DNA of 64,000 bases, from the NCBI GenBank assembly GCA_963814995.1, contig CAWFFF010000010.1, forward strand, positions 9,960 to 73,959, written 5' to 3'. This DNA is from an uncultured Actinomycetes bacterium. Its GTDB lineage: Bacteria; Actinomycetota; Acidimicrobiia; IMCC26256; PALSA-610. The notes beneath the pieces were generated by a model. That model was given only the letters and a program-made list of their open reading frames with translations. It did not search any database and had not been told where the DNA came from. The position numbers were made by a program, and so were the translations under genes. Below are positions 11,229 to 21,206 of the stretch, piece by piece (position 1 is the first letter of the stretch; each line of letters opens with the position of its first letter).

Positions 11229-12449
11229 CTACCGATTCCGATAGGTGATCTGGAGTTCTTTGATGCCGTTGATGAGGTTCGAGTGCAGGCGCCGGGGCGG
11301 GGCCGCGAGCTCGATGTCGCGGACGGTCGCGAGCAGTTCCTCGAAGAGCAACCGGAGGCTGAGGCGGGCGAGGTTCGCGCCGAGACAGAAGTGCTCGCCG
11401 ACACCGAAAGAGAGTTGCAGGTTGGGCGTGCGCTCGATCCGGAAGCGGTGCGGCTCGTCGAAAACGGCCGGGTCACGGTTCGCCCCGGCGTACCACATCA
11501 GTACTTTGTCGCCCTGCGCGATCCGCTGACCTCCGAGCTCGACGTCCTCGGTGGCCGTGCGCCGGAAGTGGTGGATCGGCGGTTCCCAACGCAGAATCTC
11601 TTCCACCGCGCCGGGAATCAACGACGGGTCGCGCTCGAGGGCATGCAGTGCCTCGGGATGATCGAGGAGTGCCATCAGCCCGTGGGAACTCGCGGTTCGA
11701 GTGGTCTCGTTCCCGGCGACGATCAGGAACATGAAGAAGAGGGTGAACTCGATGTCGGTGAGCGCTCGACCATTCACCTCGGCCGCGAGCAGGAGGCCGG
11801 TGAGGCTCTCGGTCGGGTGGGCTCGCTCCCGGGCCGCCATGTCAGTGGCGTACGCGAACAACTCGCCGCTGGCGACGATCGACGTCTCCGGGCTCGGAGC
11901 GACCTCGGGGTCTTGATCGTCGATGAGCGTGTGACTGAGTTCGTACAGGCGGTGCCGGTCGGCGAGCGGCACGCCCATCAACTCGCTGATCGACCACATC
12001 GGAATGCGGGCCGCGACCTCGGGCACGAAGTCGCAATGGTCGCGGTCTCGCATCTCGCCGACGACGCGTCTCGTCTCGGCGCGCAGCGCCTCGGCGATTC
12101 GGTTGATCATCTTGGGCGTGAACGCCTTCGCAACGATGTTGCGGAACGTCCGGTGGTCGGGCGGGTCCATCCCGATGATGACCATCCGTACTTGCTCGAG
12201 CGAGTCGGGCGAGTCGAGGCGCAGTGGTCCGCCGAGCCAGCTCGAGAACGCACCCGGCGACATCGAAGCGGTCCGCACGTCGGCGTGCCGGGTCAGTGCC
12301 CAGAACCCCGGACCGTCGGACTCCTCGTGCCAGTGAACAGGATCCTCGCTCCGCAAGCGGTCGAGCCACTCGTGCGGTGCTGCTTGCTCCCACACCGACG
12401 CGTCGGTGAGGTCGATCCCGGAGAGCGAGGACGCGGTATCGGTCGTCAT
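11229..12449 (-). CDS. Cytochrome P450 (CYP125/CYP142-like)
   Basis: MDPPDH, AGNETT, EEILR, FGVGEHFCLG heme-thiolate motif. Confidence 0.93.
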   Translation of the reverse strand: MTTDTASSLSGIDLTDASVWEQAAPHEWLDRLRSEDPVHWHEESDGPGFWALTRHADVRTASMSPGAFSSWLGGPLRLDSPDSLEQVRMVIIGMDPPDHRTFRNIVAKAFTPKMINRIAEALRAETRRVVGEMRDRDHCDFVPEVAARIPMWSISELMGVPLADRHRLYELSHTLIDDQDPEVAPSPETSIVASGELFAYATDMAARERAHPTESLTGLLLAAEVNGRALTDIEFTLFFMFLIVAGNETTRTASSHGLMALLDHPEALHALERDPSLIPGAVEEILRWEPPIHHFRRTATEDVELGGQRIAQGDKVLMWYAGANRDPAVFDEPHRFRIERTPNLQLSFGVGEHFCLGANLARLSLRLLFEELLATVRDIELAAPPRRLHSNLINGIKELQITYRNR

Positions 12450-12546
12450 GAGCCGACCCTTTCGAGTTGGGGACGCGACTCCGCGGAGCGGCGCAGCCGG
12501 CAGAGCGCCCGCCGGATCACCGCTGCCGTCAGTCGCCACATCGGGG

Positions 12547-13146
12547 TCATCGGCTGCTCGTGGCAGCCAGGTCGCCGATCAAGACAGGGACCAGGAACGC
12601 CTCGACCATGGCGCGCTCCGCAGCGTCGTCCGCGCCGGGCATTGCCAGCAGCGCGACGATCGACCGCAAGAGCCAACTGCCGCGCAGCTCGACGTCGCGA
12701 CTCGAGATCGGCGCATCGTCGAGGTCGTTGATGAACCCCGACGCGAGCGCGCGGAGCACCTCGGAGTCCTGACTCAACGCGACGGGCACGGCCATGTTCT
12801 GCGGCTCGAACCACACCGCGAGGAGTGGATCGCCCCGCACCGCTCGGATGCCGCTGAGGATTCGTTCGGTCAACACCTCGACGGGATCCGTCGCGCTCCG
12901 CAGCGGAAGCTCGGCCTGCGTGACGGCGATGGCCAGCGCGGCGCGGTTGACGTACGCCAAGTGAAGGGCGTGGCGGCTCTCGAAATACCGGTAGAGCGTG
13001 GCTCGCGAACAGCCGGCGTAGCGACAGACGTCGACCATCGTCGCGTGGGCGACACCGAGATCCGCGAAGGCCCGACCGGCCGCGTCGAGGAGCTCATCGA
13101 CTGCGACGCCCCCACTCGGATGACGCCCCCAACCCTTATGAGACAC
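12547..13146 (-). CDS. TetR/AcrR family regulator (Rv1255c-like)
   Basis: AGCSRATLYRYF HTH; the C-terminal LLAMPGADDAAERAMV segment resembles mycobacterial Rv1255c (from recall). Confidence 0.88.
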   Translation of the reverse strand: MSHKGWGRHPSGGVAVDELLDAAGRAFADLGVAHATMVDVCRYAGCSRATLYRYFESRHALHLAYVNRAALAIAVTQAELPLRSATDPVEVLTERILSGIRAVRGDPLLAVWFEPQNMAVPVALSQDSEVLRALASGFINDLDDAPISSRDVELRGSWLLRSIVALLAMPGADDAAERAMVEAFLVPVLIGDLAATSSR

Positions 13147-13164
13147 ATCCTCTAGTATGCCTCA
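13139..13164. promoter_or_regulatory. Putative TetR operator TGAGACA-N12-TGCCTCA
   Basis: Imperfect inverted repeat spanning the very short divergent tetR/enoyl-CoA hydratase junction. Confidence 0.5.
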
Positions 13165-13999
13165 CATGACGAGCGCGAGCAACGAGCCCGACGAGACGGT
13201 CCTGGTCCGGGTCGAAAAACCAAGGCCCCACACCACCGTGATCACCATGAACCGGCCCGAGCGGATGAACTCGATGGCTTTCGAGTTGATGGTTCCGCTC
13301 CACGACGCCTTCGCCCGAGTCGCCGACGACAACGACACCACCTGTGTCGTGCTGACCGGTGAGGGCAGGGGGTTCTGTTCCGGCGCCGACACCGGACACT
13401 CCGAACCGCCGCCGAACATCGACGGCATGACGTTGACGCGGATTGCCACTCGCGCGATGTCGATCCTCGCGGATCTCGTGCCGGCGATGCAGCGAATGCC
13501 GCAACCCGTGATCTGCGCGATCAACGGTGCCGCGATCGGCGGCGGACTCTGCCTCACCCTGGGCGCCGACATCCGGATCGCAGGCGAGTCGGCGTACTTC
13601 CGCGCCGCGGGAATCAACAACGGCCTCACCGCGACGGAACTCGGCCTGAGTTTTCTCCTGCCCCGTGCGATCGGGTCGTCGCGGGCGTTCGAGATCATGT
13701 TGTCAGGACGCGACATCGACGCGCATGAGGCCGCGAGCATGGGCCTCGTCTCACGAGTGGTCCCCGACGCGGAACTCCTCACTGCGGCACTCGACCTGGC
13801 CGACCAGATCAACGGTTGGAGCGCCCAGGGGGTCGCGTTGACGAAACGCATGATGTGGGCCGGGCTCGAAACATCGAGTCTTCGCGCCGCGATCGAGATG
13901 GAGAGTCACACGCAACTCTTCGTGCGGATGACAACCCAGAACTTCGAAGAGGCGGTGCAGGCCCGGCGCGAGAATCGCAAGCCCGACTTCAAAGACTGA
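13157..13999 (+). CDS. Enoyl-CoA hydratase/isomerase family protein
   Basis: TMNRPERMNS, GRGFCSGAD, AINGAAIGGG crotonase motifs. Confidence 0.93.
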   Translation: MPHMTSASNEPDETVLVRVEKPRPHTTVITMNRPERMNSMAFELMVPLHDAFARVADDNDTTCVVLTGEGRGFCSGADTGHSEPPPNIDGMTLTRIATRAMSILADLVPAMQRMPQPVICAINGAAIGGGLCLTLGADIRIAGESAYFRAAGINNGLTATELGLSFLLPRAIGSSRAFEIMLSGRDIDAHEAASMGLVSRVVPDAELLTAALDLADQINGWSAQGVALTKRMMWAGLETSSLRAAIEMESHTQLFVRMTTQNFEEAVQARRENRKPDFKD

Positions 14000-14003
14000 C
14001 CTA

Positions 14004-14021
14004 CCGGGAGCCGGCTCCCGG
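14004..14021. terminator. Hairpin between convergent genes
   Basis: Perfect 18-bp palindrome CCGGGAGCCGGCTCCCGG just after the hydratase stop; no U-tract. Confidence 0.45.
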
Positions 14022-14026
14022 CGGAC

Positions 14027-14440
14027 TCATGGCTGCGGCCAGGCCAAGGATTCGCGAGCGACGGCTCGTTCGATTGCCTCTACGAGCAGGTCTGGCGATC
14101 CGCGGCACGCAGCCAGGTCGGTAGGCGACAACAGCGGAACGAAGCCCTGGTCGGTATCGGCGACGACGATCGGGACGACGTTCGAGGTCGCGACTCTGAT
14201 CGCGTCTGGTTGGTCGTTGCGATGGTAGGCGTCGAATGGGACGGGCAGCCCGGCCCGGCACGCCTTCCATTCCGACCGTTCGCGTGCGAGGCCGTGCGTA
14301 ATGTCGCACAGCGCGCAGTGGGAACGGCCGAGCCGGGCACCGACCCAGTAGGTGAGCTCACCGCGCATTGTTCCGTCGGCGTCGTAGACGCCAACCAAAC
14401 GTTGGATGCGTCGACCGTGATTGTCGCTCGGCGCGTTCAC
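14027..14440 (-). CDS. Hypothetical protein
   Basis: Protein-like ORF LVGVYDADG..HCALCDITHG (CxxC) filling the intergenic gap. Confidence 0.65.
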   Translation of the reverse strand: MNAPSDNHGRRIQRLVGVYDADGTMRGELTYWVGARLGRSHCALCDITHGLARERSEWKACRAGLPVPFDAYHRNDQPDAIRVATSNVVPIVVADTDQGFVPLLSPTDLAACRGSPDLLVEAIERAVARESLAWPQP

Positions 14441-14483
14441 GTGCCGGCCGGGGCGGTTGTGCGGTTCGTTCCGGTGTCTTGTC

Positions 14484-15068
14484 TCATGAGGAAAGGATCG
14501 CAGTCCGCGTGTCCACGCGGGCGTCGGTGGTGTTCGGAGTAGACGCCAACCGAAGGGCGACCAGACCGAGCACGAAGCCGAACATCATGTGCTCGGCGGC
14601 GAAGGTAGTCCAGCCAACCATCTTCGCCATGTCCGAGATGGTCGCGCCGGAACCTGTGATGGCGGCGGCGAGAGGCAACGCGACGAAGCTCGAGACGACG
14701 AATGCTGCGAAGCCGAACGCTATGCCCGCGGGTACGAGCGTTCGCCGGGGCAGCCGCCGAGCCAGGAGCGAGAAGGCCATGCCGTACGCGGCGCCGGTCA
14801 GCATGTGGATCAGCAAACCGGCAACGGCGGGCCCCGCCGTAAACCAGAACTTCGTTCCGGCCATTGCCTTTCCGATCGAGGTCATCATGGACTTCGGCGA
14901 ACCGAGAAGCGCGGAGATGTGGAACAGCGGGGTGAAGAATCCGTGGTGCTGATACGTGATCGAGGCGACCATGGCAAACATCGCCATCGCTGCGCCGGCG
15001 ATCATTCCGCCGATCGCACCTCGCGTGACGGCGGGTTGCAGTGACTCGGATGCTCGGGCGGGTGTCAT
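14484..15068 (-). CDS. Integral membrane protein (about 4 TM segments) divergent from the ECF sigma gene
   Basis: Hydrophobic segments containing His (LLIHM, AEHMMFG); ATG at 15068 preceded by GAAAGG. Confidence 0.65.
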   Translation of the reverse strand: MTPARASESLQPAVTRGAIGGMIAGAAMAMFAMVASITYQHHGFFTPLFHISALLGSPKSMMTSIGKAMAGTKFWFTAGPAVAGLLIHMLTGAAYGMAFSLLARRLPRRTLVPAGIAFGFAAFVVSSFVALPLAAAITGSGATISDMAKMVGWTTFAAEHMMFGFVLGLVALRLASTPNTTDARVDTRTAILSS

Positions 15069-15265
15069 GGGGACCCTTTCGGTTCGAGACGACGATGCAG
15101 AACGGTCTGGAAACCCGCTCTCTCCTTGGGTTCCTTCCATCGCATGGCCCCGAAACGCCCGAGAGGGAAAATGGAAGGATTCGCGTCGTTCACCGGGTTC
15201 TGCAGGCGAGAGAGGAACGCTGAGCACGTGCCGCGTCGAGCGAGGGAGTCCGGCCGGAGACGCCG

Positions 15266-15838
15266 ATGGCCGACGATATGAAGCCCGATGTCACCGAGAA
15301 CACTCCCACTGAGGATTCGAGTCGCTTCACCGCGGTCGTCGTTCCGGAGCTCGACATGCTCCTTCGTGCTGCGAGATCGCTTTCGGACAACATCCAAGAC
15401 GCCGAGGACCTCGTCCAGGACACGCTGTGCAGAGCATTCCGCTCGCTCGATCGGTTCGACGGTCGACACCCGCGCGCGTGGCTGCTCACGATCATGCGGA
15501 ACGCCGATCACAACCGGCACCGGCGTCGCCGCCCGACGCTGCTACGACACGAAGAAACCCTGAACGCCGAGATCGATGGCCGGAACCCACCGTCGTCAAG
15601 CGCGGAGGACGTCGCGATACGGCCGATGACCGCACCCTGGGTGGCAAACGCGCTCGACGGTCTCACGCCTCGACTCCGAGCGGTGACCCACCTCGTCGAC
15701 GTCGACGGTCTCAGCTACGACGAGACCGCAGCCGTGCTCGACATCCCGGTGGGAACCGTGATGAGCCGCCTGCACCGGGCCCGCCGCCAGATGCGGACCC
15801 GTCTCGAACGCCAACCCGACTTTCGGAGCGAGCTGTGA
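15266..15838 (+). CDS. ECF sigma-70 factor
   Basis: DAEDLVQDT, AWLLTIMRN, GLSYDETAAVLDIPVGTVMSRLHRAR. Confidence 0.93.
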   Translation: MADDMKPDVTENTPTEDSSRFTAVVVPELDMLLRAARSLSDNIQDAEDLVQDTLCRAFRSLDRFDGRHPRAWLLTIMRNADHNRHRRRRPTLLRHEETLNAEIDGRNPPSSSAEDVAIRPMTAPWVANALDGLTPRLRAVTHLVDVDGLSYDETAAVLDIPVGTVMSRLHRARRQMRTRLERQPDFRSEL

Positions 15839-16125
15839 TGAGACCGCGAGACGCACTCGACATGTTCCGCCGCAAGGGCGGCGCCCGTTGCATCGAGATC
15901 GGGAGACTCGTGCAGAGCTATCTCGACGGAACACTCGACGCCGACGCAACCGCGAACGTCGCGCGACACCTCGACGCGTGCCGCAGATGCGGTCTGGCCA
16001 CGGACGACTACCGGCGAATCAAGTCCGCACTCAACCGGTCCGTCGAACCGCTGCCGGCGGAATCGCTGCAACGACTGCGCGCCTTTGCCGCCAATCTCGC
16101 GGCAGAAGACGCGTACGAAGAGTGA
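15838..16125 (+). CDS. Zinc-binding anti-sigma factor (zf-HC2/ZAS)
   Basis: C..YLDG..HLDACRRC (HxxxCxxC); TGATG overlap with the sigma gene. Confidence 0.85.
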   Translation: MRPRDALDMFRRKGGARCIEIGRLVQSYLDGTLDADATANVARHLDACRRCGLATDDYRRIKSALNRSVEPLPAESLQRLRAFAANLAAEDAYEE

Positions 16126-17136
16126 GCGAAACTGAACCGTTCACGTTCGCGGTGGAAGCGACGCGCAGTCAGCATTCCGGTCATGCTGAGTGTGACGGCG
16201 ATCGGAGTCGCATGCTTTCCGCTGATCGTTGTCGGCGCCGTCGTCGCCGACGTCGTCCGCCTTCGGGTTCGGCTCCCTTCCGTGCGGGTCGCGGCGTTCT
16301 TGATGCAGTACGCGCTCAACGACAGTGCGGAAATCCTCCTCGCACCGATCTTGTGGATCGCGGCCGGATTCGGAACACGACTCGCCGCTCCCCCATCCGT
16401 GCGCCGCCACGAACGGCTCCAGGCGTGGTCGATCGCCGTGCTCGCTCGTCGTGCCGAACGTCTTCTCGGGATCCGCGTCGACCTCGACGAGCAGACCGCT
16501 TCGGCACTCGAGCCGGGGCCAGTCATCGTGTTGTGTCGTCACGTCAACATCGTCGACGCGTCGCTGCCCGCGCTGCTCTACCAACGTCTCGGGTACCACA
16601 CGAGAGGCGTGATCATGGCGGAACTCCTTGCAGATCCCGGCTTCGACCTCATCTACGCCCGGACCGGTTCCGTCTTCATCGCGAGAGACAACGGTCCCGA
16701 CGCCCGTTCACTCGTCGCCGGACTCGGCAACGGAGCCGACTCCCGCACCGCTCTCGTCATCTTTCCGGAGGGTCGTCTCTTCCGTCCCGACCGACGACAA
16801 CGGTCGCTCGCACGGCTCCGTGAACGCGATCCCGACCGGGCCCGAAGACTCGAAGGCACAACTCACGTCGTTCCTCCTCGGCCCGGTGGTGTCTTTGCAC
16901 TCCTCGACGCATGTCCCGACGCAGACGTCGTCTTCATGGCCCACAGCGGACTCGACCACTACCCGACCTTTCGCGAGCTCGCCCGTTCGGCGCCGTTCCG
17001 GGACCCGGTGCGAGTGACCGCATGGCGCGTCGCCGCCGCCGACGTCCCAACCGGGAATGACAAGCGGATGGCATGGCTCGACGATCACTGGTGCCGGGTC
17101 GACGCCTGGGTCGACGCTCAATGGGCACTGTCATGA
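16122..17136 (+). CDS. PlsC-like acyltransferase
   Basis: RHVNIVD (HxxxxD), IFPEG and PPRPGG motifs; start uncertain (16122-16183). Confidence 0.8.
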
Positions 17137-17909
17137 ATTCACGTCTGCCCGGCTGGGGTGACTACCTCGACTCGTTTCACACCCAACGGCCCGGCATCAC
17201 CGAGGACGTTCTCGCACGGTGCACGAACTGCGAGGGCGCCAGCCCGTATGCATGGCTCACCGACTGCGTCGAACCCGAAGGGCGCGTGTTGGATCTCGCG
17301 TGCGGGAGCGGTCCGACCCGGGCGCTCGTCGCGGGCACCTGGCTGGGCGTCGATCGTTCGGCCGCGGAGCTTCACCGAGCGCGACAACACGGCCGCACAC
17401 CGCTCGTACGCGCCGACATGACCGGCGTCCCGATTCGGGACTGCAGCGTCGACGCGGTGCTGTGCTCAATGGCACTGATGCTCGTCGACCCTTGCTCCTC
17501 CGGGCTCGGCGAGATCCATCGGATCCTCGTGCCGTCAGGACAGGTCCGGATCCTGCTCCCAACCGCGACACCGCTCACCCTCTCCGACCGGTGGCGCTAC
17601 ATCCGGCTGTTCGTCACGACGAGCGCGTCAATCCGGTTCCCGCCAACACCGCTGCGGCGACACGCCGCTGAGGTCCTCGCCGCGGCAGGGCTCGTCGTCG
17701 AGTCGGATCAGTCCGAACGCTTCGCCTATCCGATCGACACGCACGAGGACGCTGACCTCTTCGTCGACTCCTGGTACCAGCCGACCAAGCGCTTGACGGA
17801 CATCGAACCGAGGCCACGGCGCGGCGGATCGTTCGCGCGCGGGAGCATCGGCGTCCCGTTGCGTCGCATCATCGCGCGCAAATCGGACGGGCGCCTCGTT
17901 TCCTCTTGA
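17133..17909 (+). CDS. Class I SAM-dependent methyltransferase
   Basis: VLDLACGSG motif I, GVDRS, CSMALML; ATGA overlap. Confidence 0.85.
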   Translation: MNSRLPGWGDYLDSFHTQRPGITEDVLARCTNCEGASPYAWLTDCVEPEGRVLDLACGSGPTRALVAGTWLGVDRSAAELHRARQHGRTPLVRADMTGVPIRDCSVDAVLCSMALMLVDPCSSGLGEIHRILVPSGQVRILLPTATPLTLSDRWRYIRLFVTTSASIRFPPTPLRRHAAEVLAAAGLVVESDQSERFAYPIDTHEDADLFVDSWYQPTKRLTDIEPRPRRGGSFARGSIGVPLRRIIARKSDGRLVSS

Positions 17910-17977
17910 GCGGATCCCAACCGATCGGCGTCGCGAGCTCAATCCGAGAACGAACATCGAAGCGGATCCGAGGTTTC

Positions 17978-18049
17978 TTGTCGCGTTCGGCCGTCGCTAC
18001 GCGCTATTCAGGAGTATGGGGCACACGCGACGCGATCGAGCACCGCCGA
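17978..18049 (+). repeat. Conserved unit-end block (second copy at 31104-31175)
   Basis: TTGTCGCGTTCGGCCGTCGCT(A/C)CGCGCTATTCA matches at 32/33 nt, followed by GTATGGG and CGAGC.CCGCCGA in both copies. Confidence 0.75.
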
Positions 18050-18070
18050 TTCCGGGCATTCGCGTTCGCA

Positions 18071-18309
18071 TTCTTAGGTAGTCGCTTAGGCGCACAACAC
18101 GAGACTGACGAACAGTCCCTCTGATCAGGCCTTACGAGTCGGGCTGCCGGGATTCGAACCCGGGACCTCTTGACCCCCAGTTACCGTCCGAACGTCTCGC
18201 TCCGTCTCACTCGGTCTCACGCTCCCCCACCGACCAGGCGCTTCGCGAAGGCTTCCCGAGCCGATGTCTCACTACGTCTCGCTACGTTTCTTAGGTAAGA
18301 CCTTAGGTA
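18071..18309. repeat. attP-like junction A: left arm, tRNA-Pro 3' half (18139-18181), right arm
   Basis: Colinear similarity to 27289-27532 over ~240 bp and to 31207-31317; paired TTAGG repeats at both ends. Confidence 0.9.
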
Positions 18310-18489
18310 GGGCGACGACCCGTGGGTGACCCCTCGAGTTCAGATTTTCGACCTGGTCTTCGAGGCGTTTCCTGTACTACTTCATCGACTCGAAGAGGGG
18401 CTCGACAGTCGTTGACCGCTCGGACAGGTCGACCTGTTCTCGGGGATGGACGTGGAACGGATCGAAAGTGATCTTCACCGGCTGTTCCT

Positions 18490-21206
18490 CTACGTGACGC
18501 GTGCGGATCGAGACGCCCTTATTGCGAGGTCGTGTTGGGCGCACCAGTCACACAGTCGGCGATGATCCGTGCCGGGGTGGTCGTTGTGGTCGCGTTTGAT
18601 TTCTTGTCCGTACGGGCAATCGCAGTGGTCGTGATACACGGGGTCGTCGGGGTCGGTGTCGGTGTGAAAGGGAGACACCCTGGGAGGCGAACCGACCTTC
18701 GGTTGTTCGTCAGCCCGCGCACCACGTGAGGGGACAGACGTGTTCTTGTCCTCCGTGGTGTCGCGCTTCGCGTGGTCGAGGATTCGGTAGGCGAGAAGTT
18801 TCACGCGGTCGTTCACGAGGAACCAGGCGAGGGCGTAGGCCCATACGAATGCGGCCCAGCCCCAACCGAGGGGGGTCATGAAGAGGCCGTAGACCGCGAT
18901 CAACGTGGCGATGATCTGGGTTCCGACCACGGCGATGAAGAGCACCTGCGCGGGCCGTGGCTTCGACCAGAAGGGGCCGCGTGTGCGGGTCAGGAAGATG
19001 GTCAGGTGTCCCGCGACCGAGAGCTTCAGGTACATCAGCGTCTGGACGTGCGCGCGGTCGAGATTGAAGACGCGCTCGCCGAGGTAGAACAAGCCGAAGG
19101 CGGAGACGACTCCGATGACGCCGAGCACGGTGGAGATCCCGAGCACCAGGCGCATGTTCCAGGCCTCGGGCTCGTTCCGGTAACGCACGTTGTCATAGGC
19201 GATGGACAGGATCGCGGCGTCGTTGAGCAGCGCGATCATCACGATCATGATCGCGGTCACCGGGTAGAAGTTGAAGACGAGGATCGCGAGTGTCATGAAC
19301 AGCAGGACGCGCAGCGTCTCGGCGATGCGGTAGATCGCGTAGCTGTTCATCCGTTGGAAGATCTTGCGGCTCTCCTTGATCGCGTCGATGATCACCGACA
19401 GTCCCGACGTCGTCAGCACCATGTCGGCGGCCGCGCGCGGCGTCGGTGGCGCCCGACACGGCGATACCGCAGTCGGCTTTCTTCAGCGCGGGGGCATCGT
19501 TCACACCGTCGCCGGTCATGCCGACGATGTGGCCTCGCTGCTGCAGGACATCGACGATGTGGAACTTGTGCTCGGGGAACACCTGGGCGAACCCGTCGGC
19601 ACGCTCGACGGATTCGCCGACGAGTTCCGTCTCGTCCTGCTTGACATCACCCAAGCCGGCGGCGTCGAGAATGTCGGCACCCAACCCGACCTTCTTCGCG
19701 GTCTCCTTCGCGATCGCGAGTGCATCACCGGTCACCATCTTGACCGTCACGCCCATATGGCCCGCAGTGCCGATCGTCGCCGCGGCGTCATCGCGCGGCG
19801 GATCGAACAAAGGCAAGACACCGAGGAACCGCCAGTCGCCGTCGCCGTCGGCGCGAGCGACGCCCAGCGATCGAAACCCGCGGGCAGCGAAGTCGTTGAC
19901 CGCCTTGTCGACCGCCGGCTTCACCGGCGTGGAGTCGCCGACGAGCGCGAGGATCACCTGCGGCGCGCCTTTGCTGACCTTGAACGTCGTTCCGTCCGCA
20001 GCATTGACCGATGCCTCGGTGCGTTTGTGTACGGGGTCGAACGGTTGAAAGTGGACCACCTGATAGGTCTGCAGTGCAGCGTCGTCCGGCAGGCCGCCGA
20101 GGACAGCCAAGTCGATCGGGTCGTCGTTTTCCGCTCGCGACGCGAGGGCGGCGTCGAGGATCACCTCCGCGACGTCGACATCGTCGACGGTGAAGGGGTC
20201 ACCGAGCGTCAGCTTGTTCTGGGTCAGCGTGCCGGTCTTGTCCGCACACAACACGTCGACACCCGCCAGCTCCTCGATCGCCACCAGCCGGCTCACGATC
20301 GCCTGCTTCTTCGCGAGGATGCGGGCGCCGACCGCCATCGTCACCGACAGCACGGTCGGCATCGCCACCGGGATCGCGGCGACGGTCAGCACCAACGCGA
20401 ACTGCAACGTGGTGAGAATCGGGTCGCCGCGCACAATCGCGACGACGATGATCACCGCGACCAGCGCGACCGCGAGAACAATGAGATAGTTCCCGATCCT
20501 CAACACCGCGCGCTGGAAATGGCTCACAGTGTGCGCCTCTTGCACCAACTCCGCGGTCTTGCCGAAATAGGTGCTCGCCCCGGTCGCGTAGACCAGTGCA
20601 CCGATTTCACCTTGACGGATGATCGATCCCGAAAACACCGCTTCGCCAGAGTGGCGAGTGGCGGGCAACGACTCCCCGGTCAGCGCGGATTGATCCACAT
20701 GCACCGGGTCACCAGACAACAGCCGCGCGTCGGCCGGCACGATGTCACCCGATCGGAGGCGGATGACATCGCCGGGTACCAACTCACGCGCCGCCGGCGT
20801 CACCCACTTCCCATCGCGCCTCACCCGCGCCTTGATCGCCAACTTGGCCTTCAGGGCCTCAATCGCATTCCCGGCTTGACGTTCCTCCCAAAACCCGACC
20901 CCCGCGTTCGACACCAGCAGCACCAAGATGATGAAGAAGTCGGGCCAGTGCCGCGCCCCCGCCGACAGGAGCACCGCACCTTCGATCATCCACGGGATCG
21001 GACCCCAGAAATACGTGAGGAACTTCAGCAGCGCGTTGGCCTTGCTGTTCCTCGATCTCGTTCGGCCCGTACTGCGCCAACCGCTTCTGCGCCTCAGCCT
21101 GACTCAATCCGTCCGGCGACGACCCCAGCCGCTTCTCGACGTCGGCGATCGGAAGTGATTTCAGATCGTCATTCGCATCGAGTTGGTCCGGGGCCGGCGC
21201 ACTCAT
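18490..21206 (-). CDS. Plasma-membrane proton-efflux P-type ATPase (type IIIA, PMA1-like); frameshifts near 21040 and 19430
   Basis: YGPNEIEE, DQSALTGES, IPVAMPTVLSVTMAVGA, DKTGTLT, TGDGVNDAPALKKAD, IFQRMNSYAIYRIAET. Confidence 0.92.

Noticed and set aside
18310..18490. Possible integrase remnant next to the right arm of unit 2
   Set aside because: Translations give only a short interrupted frame with no tyrosine-recombinase catalytic motifs that I can recognise.
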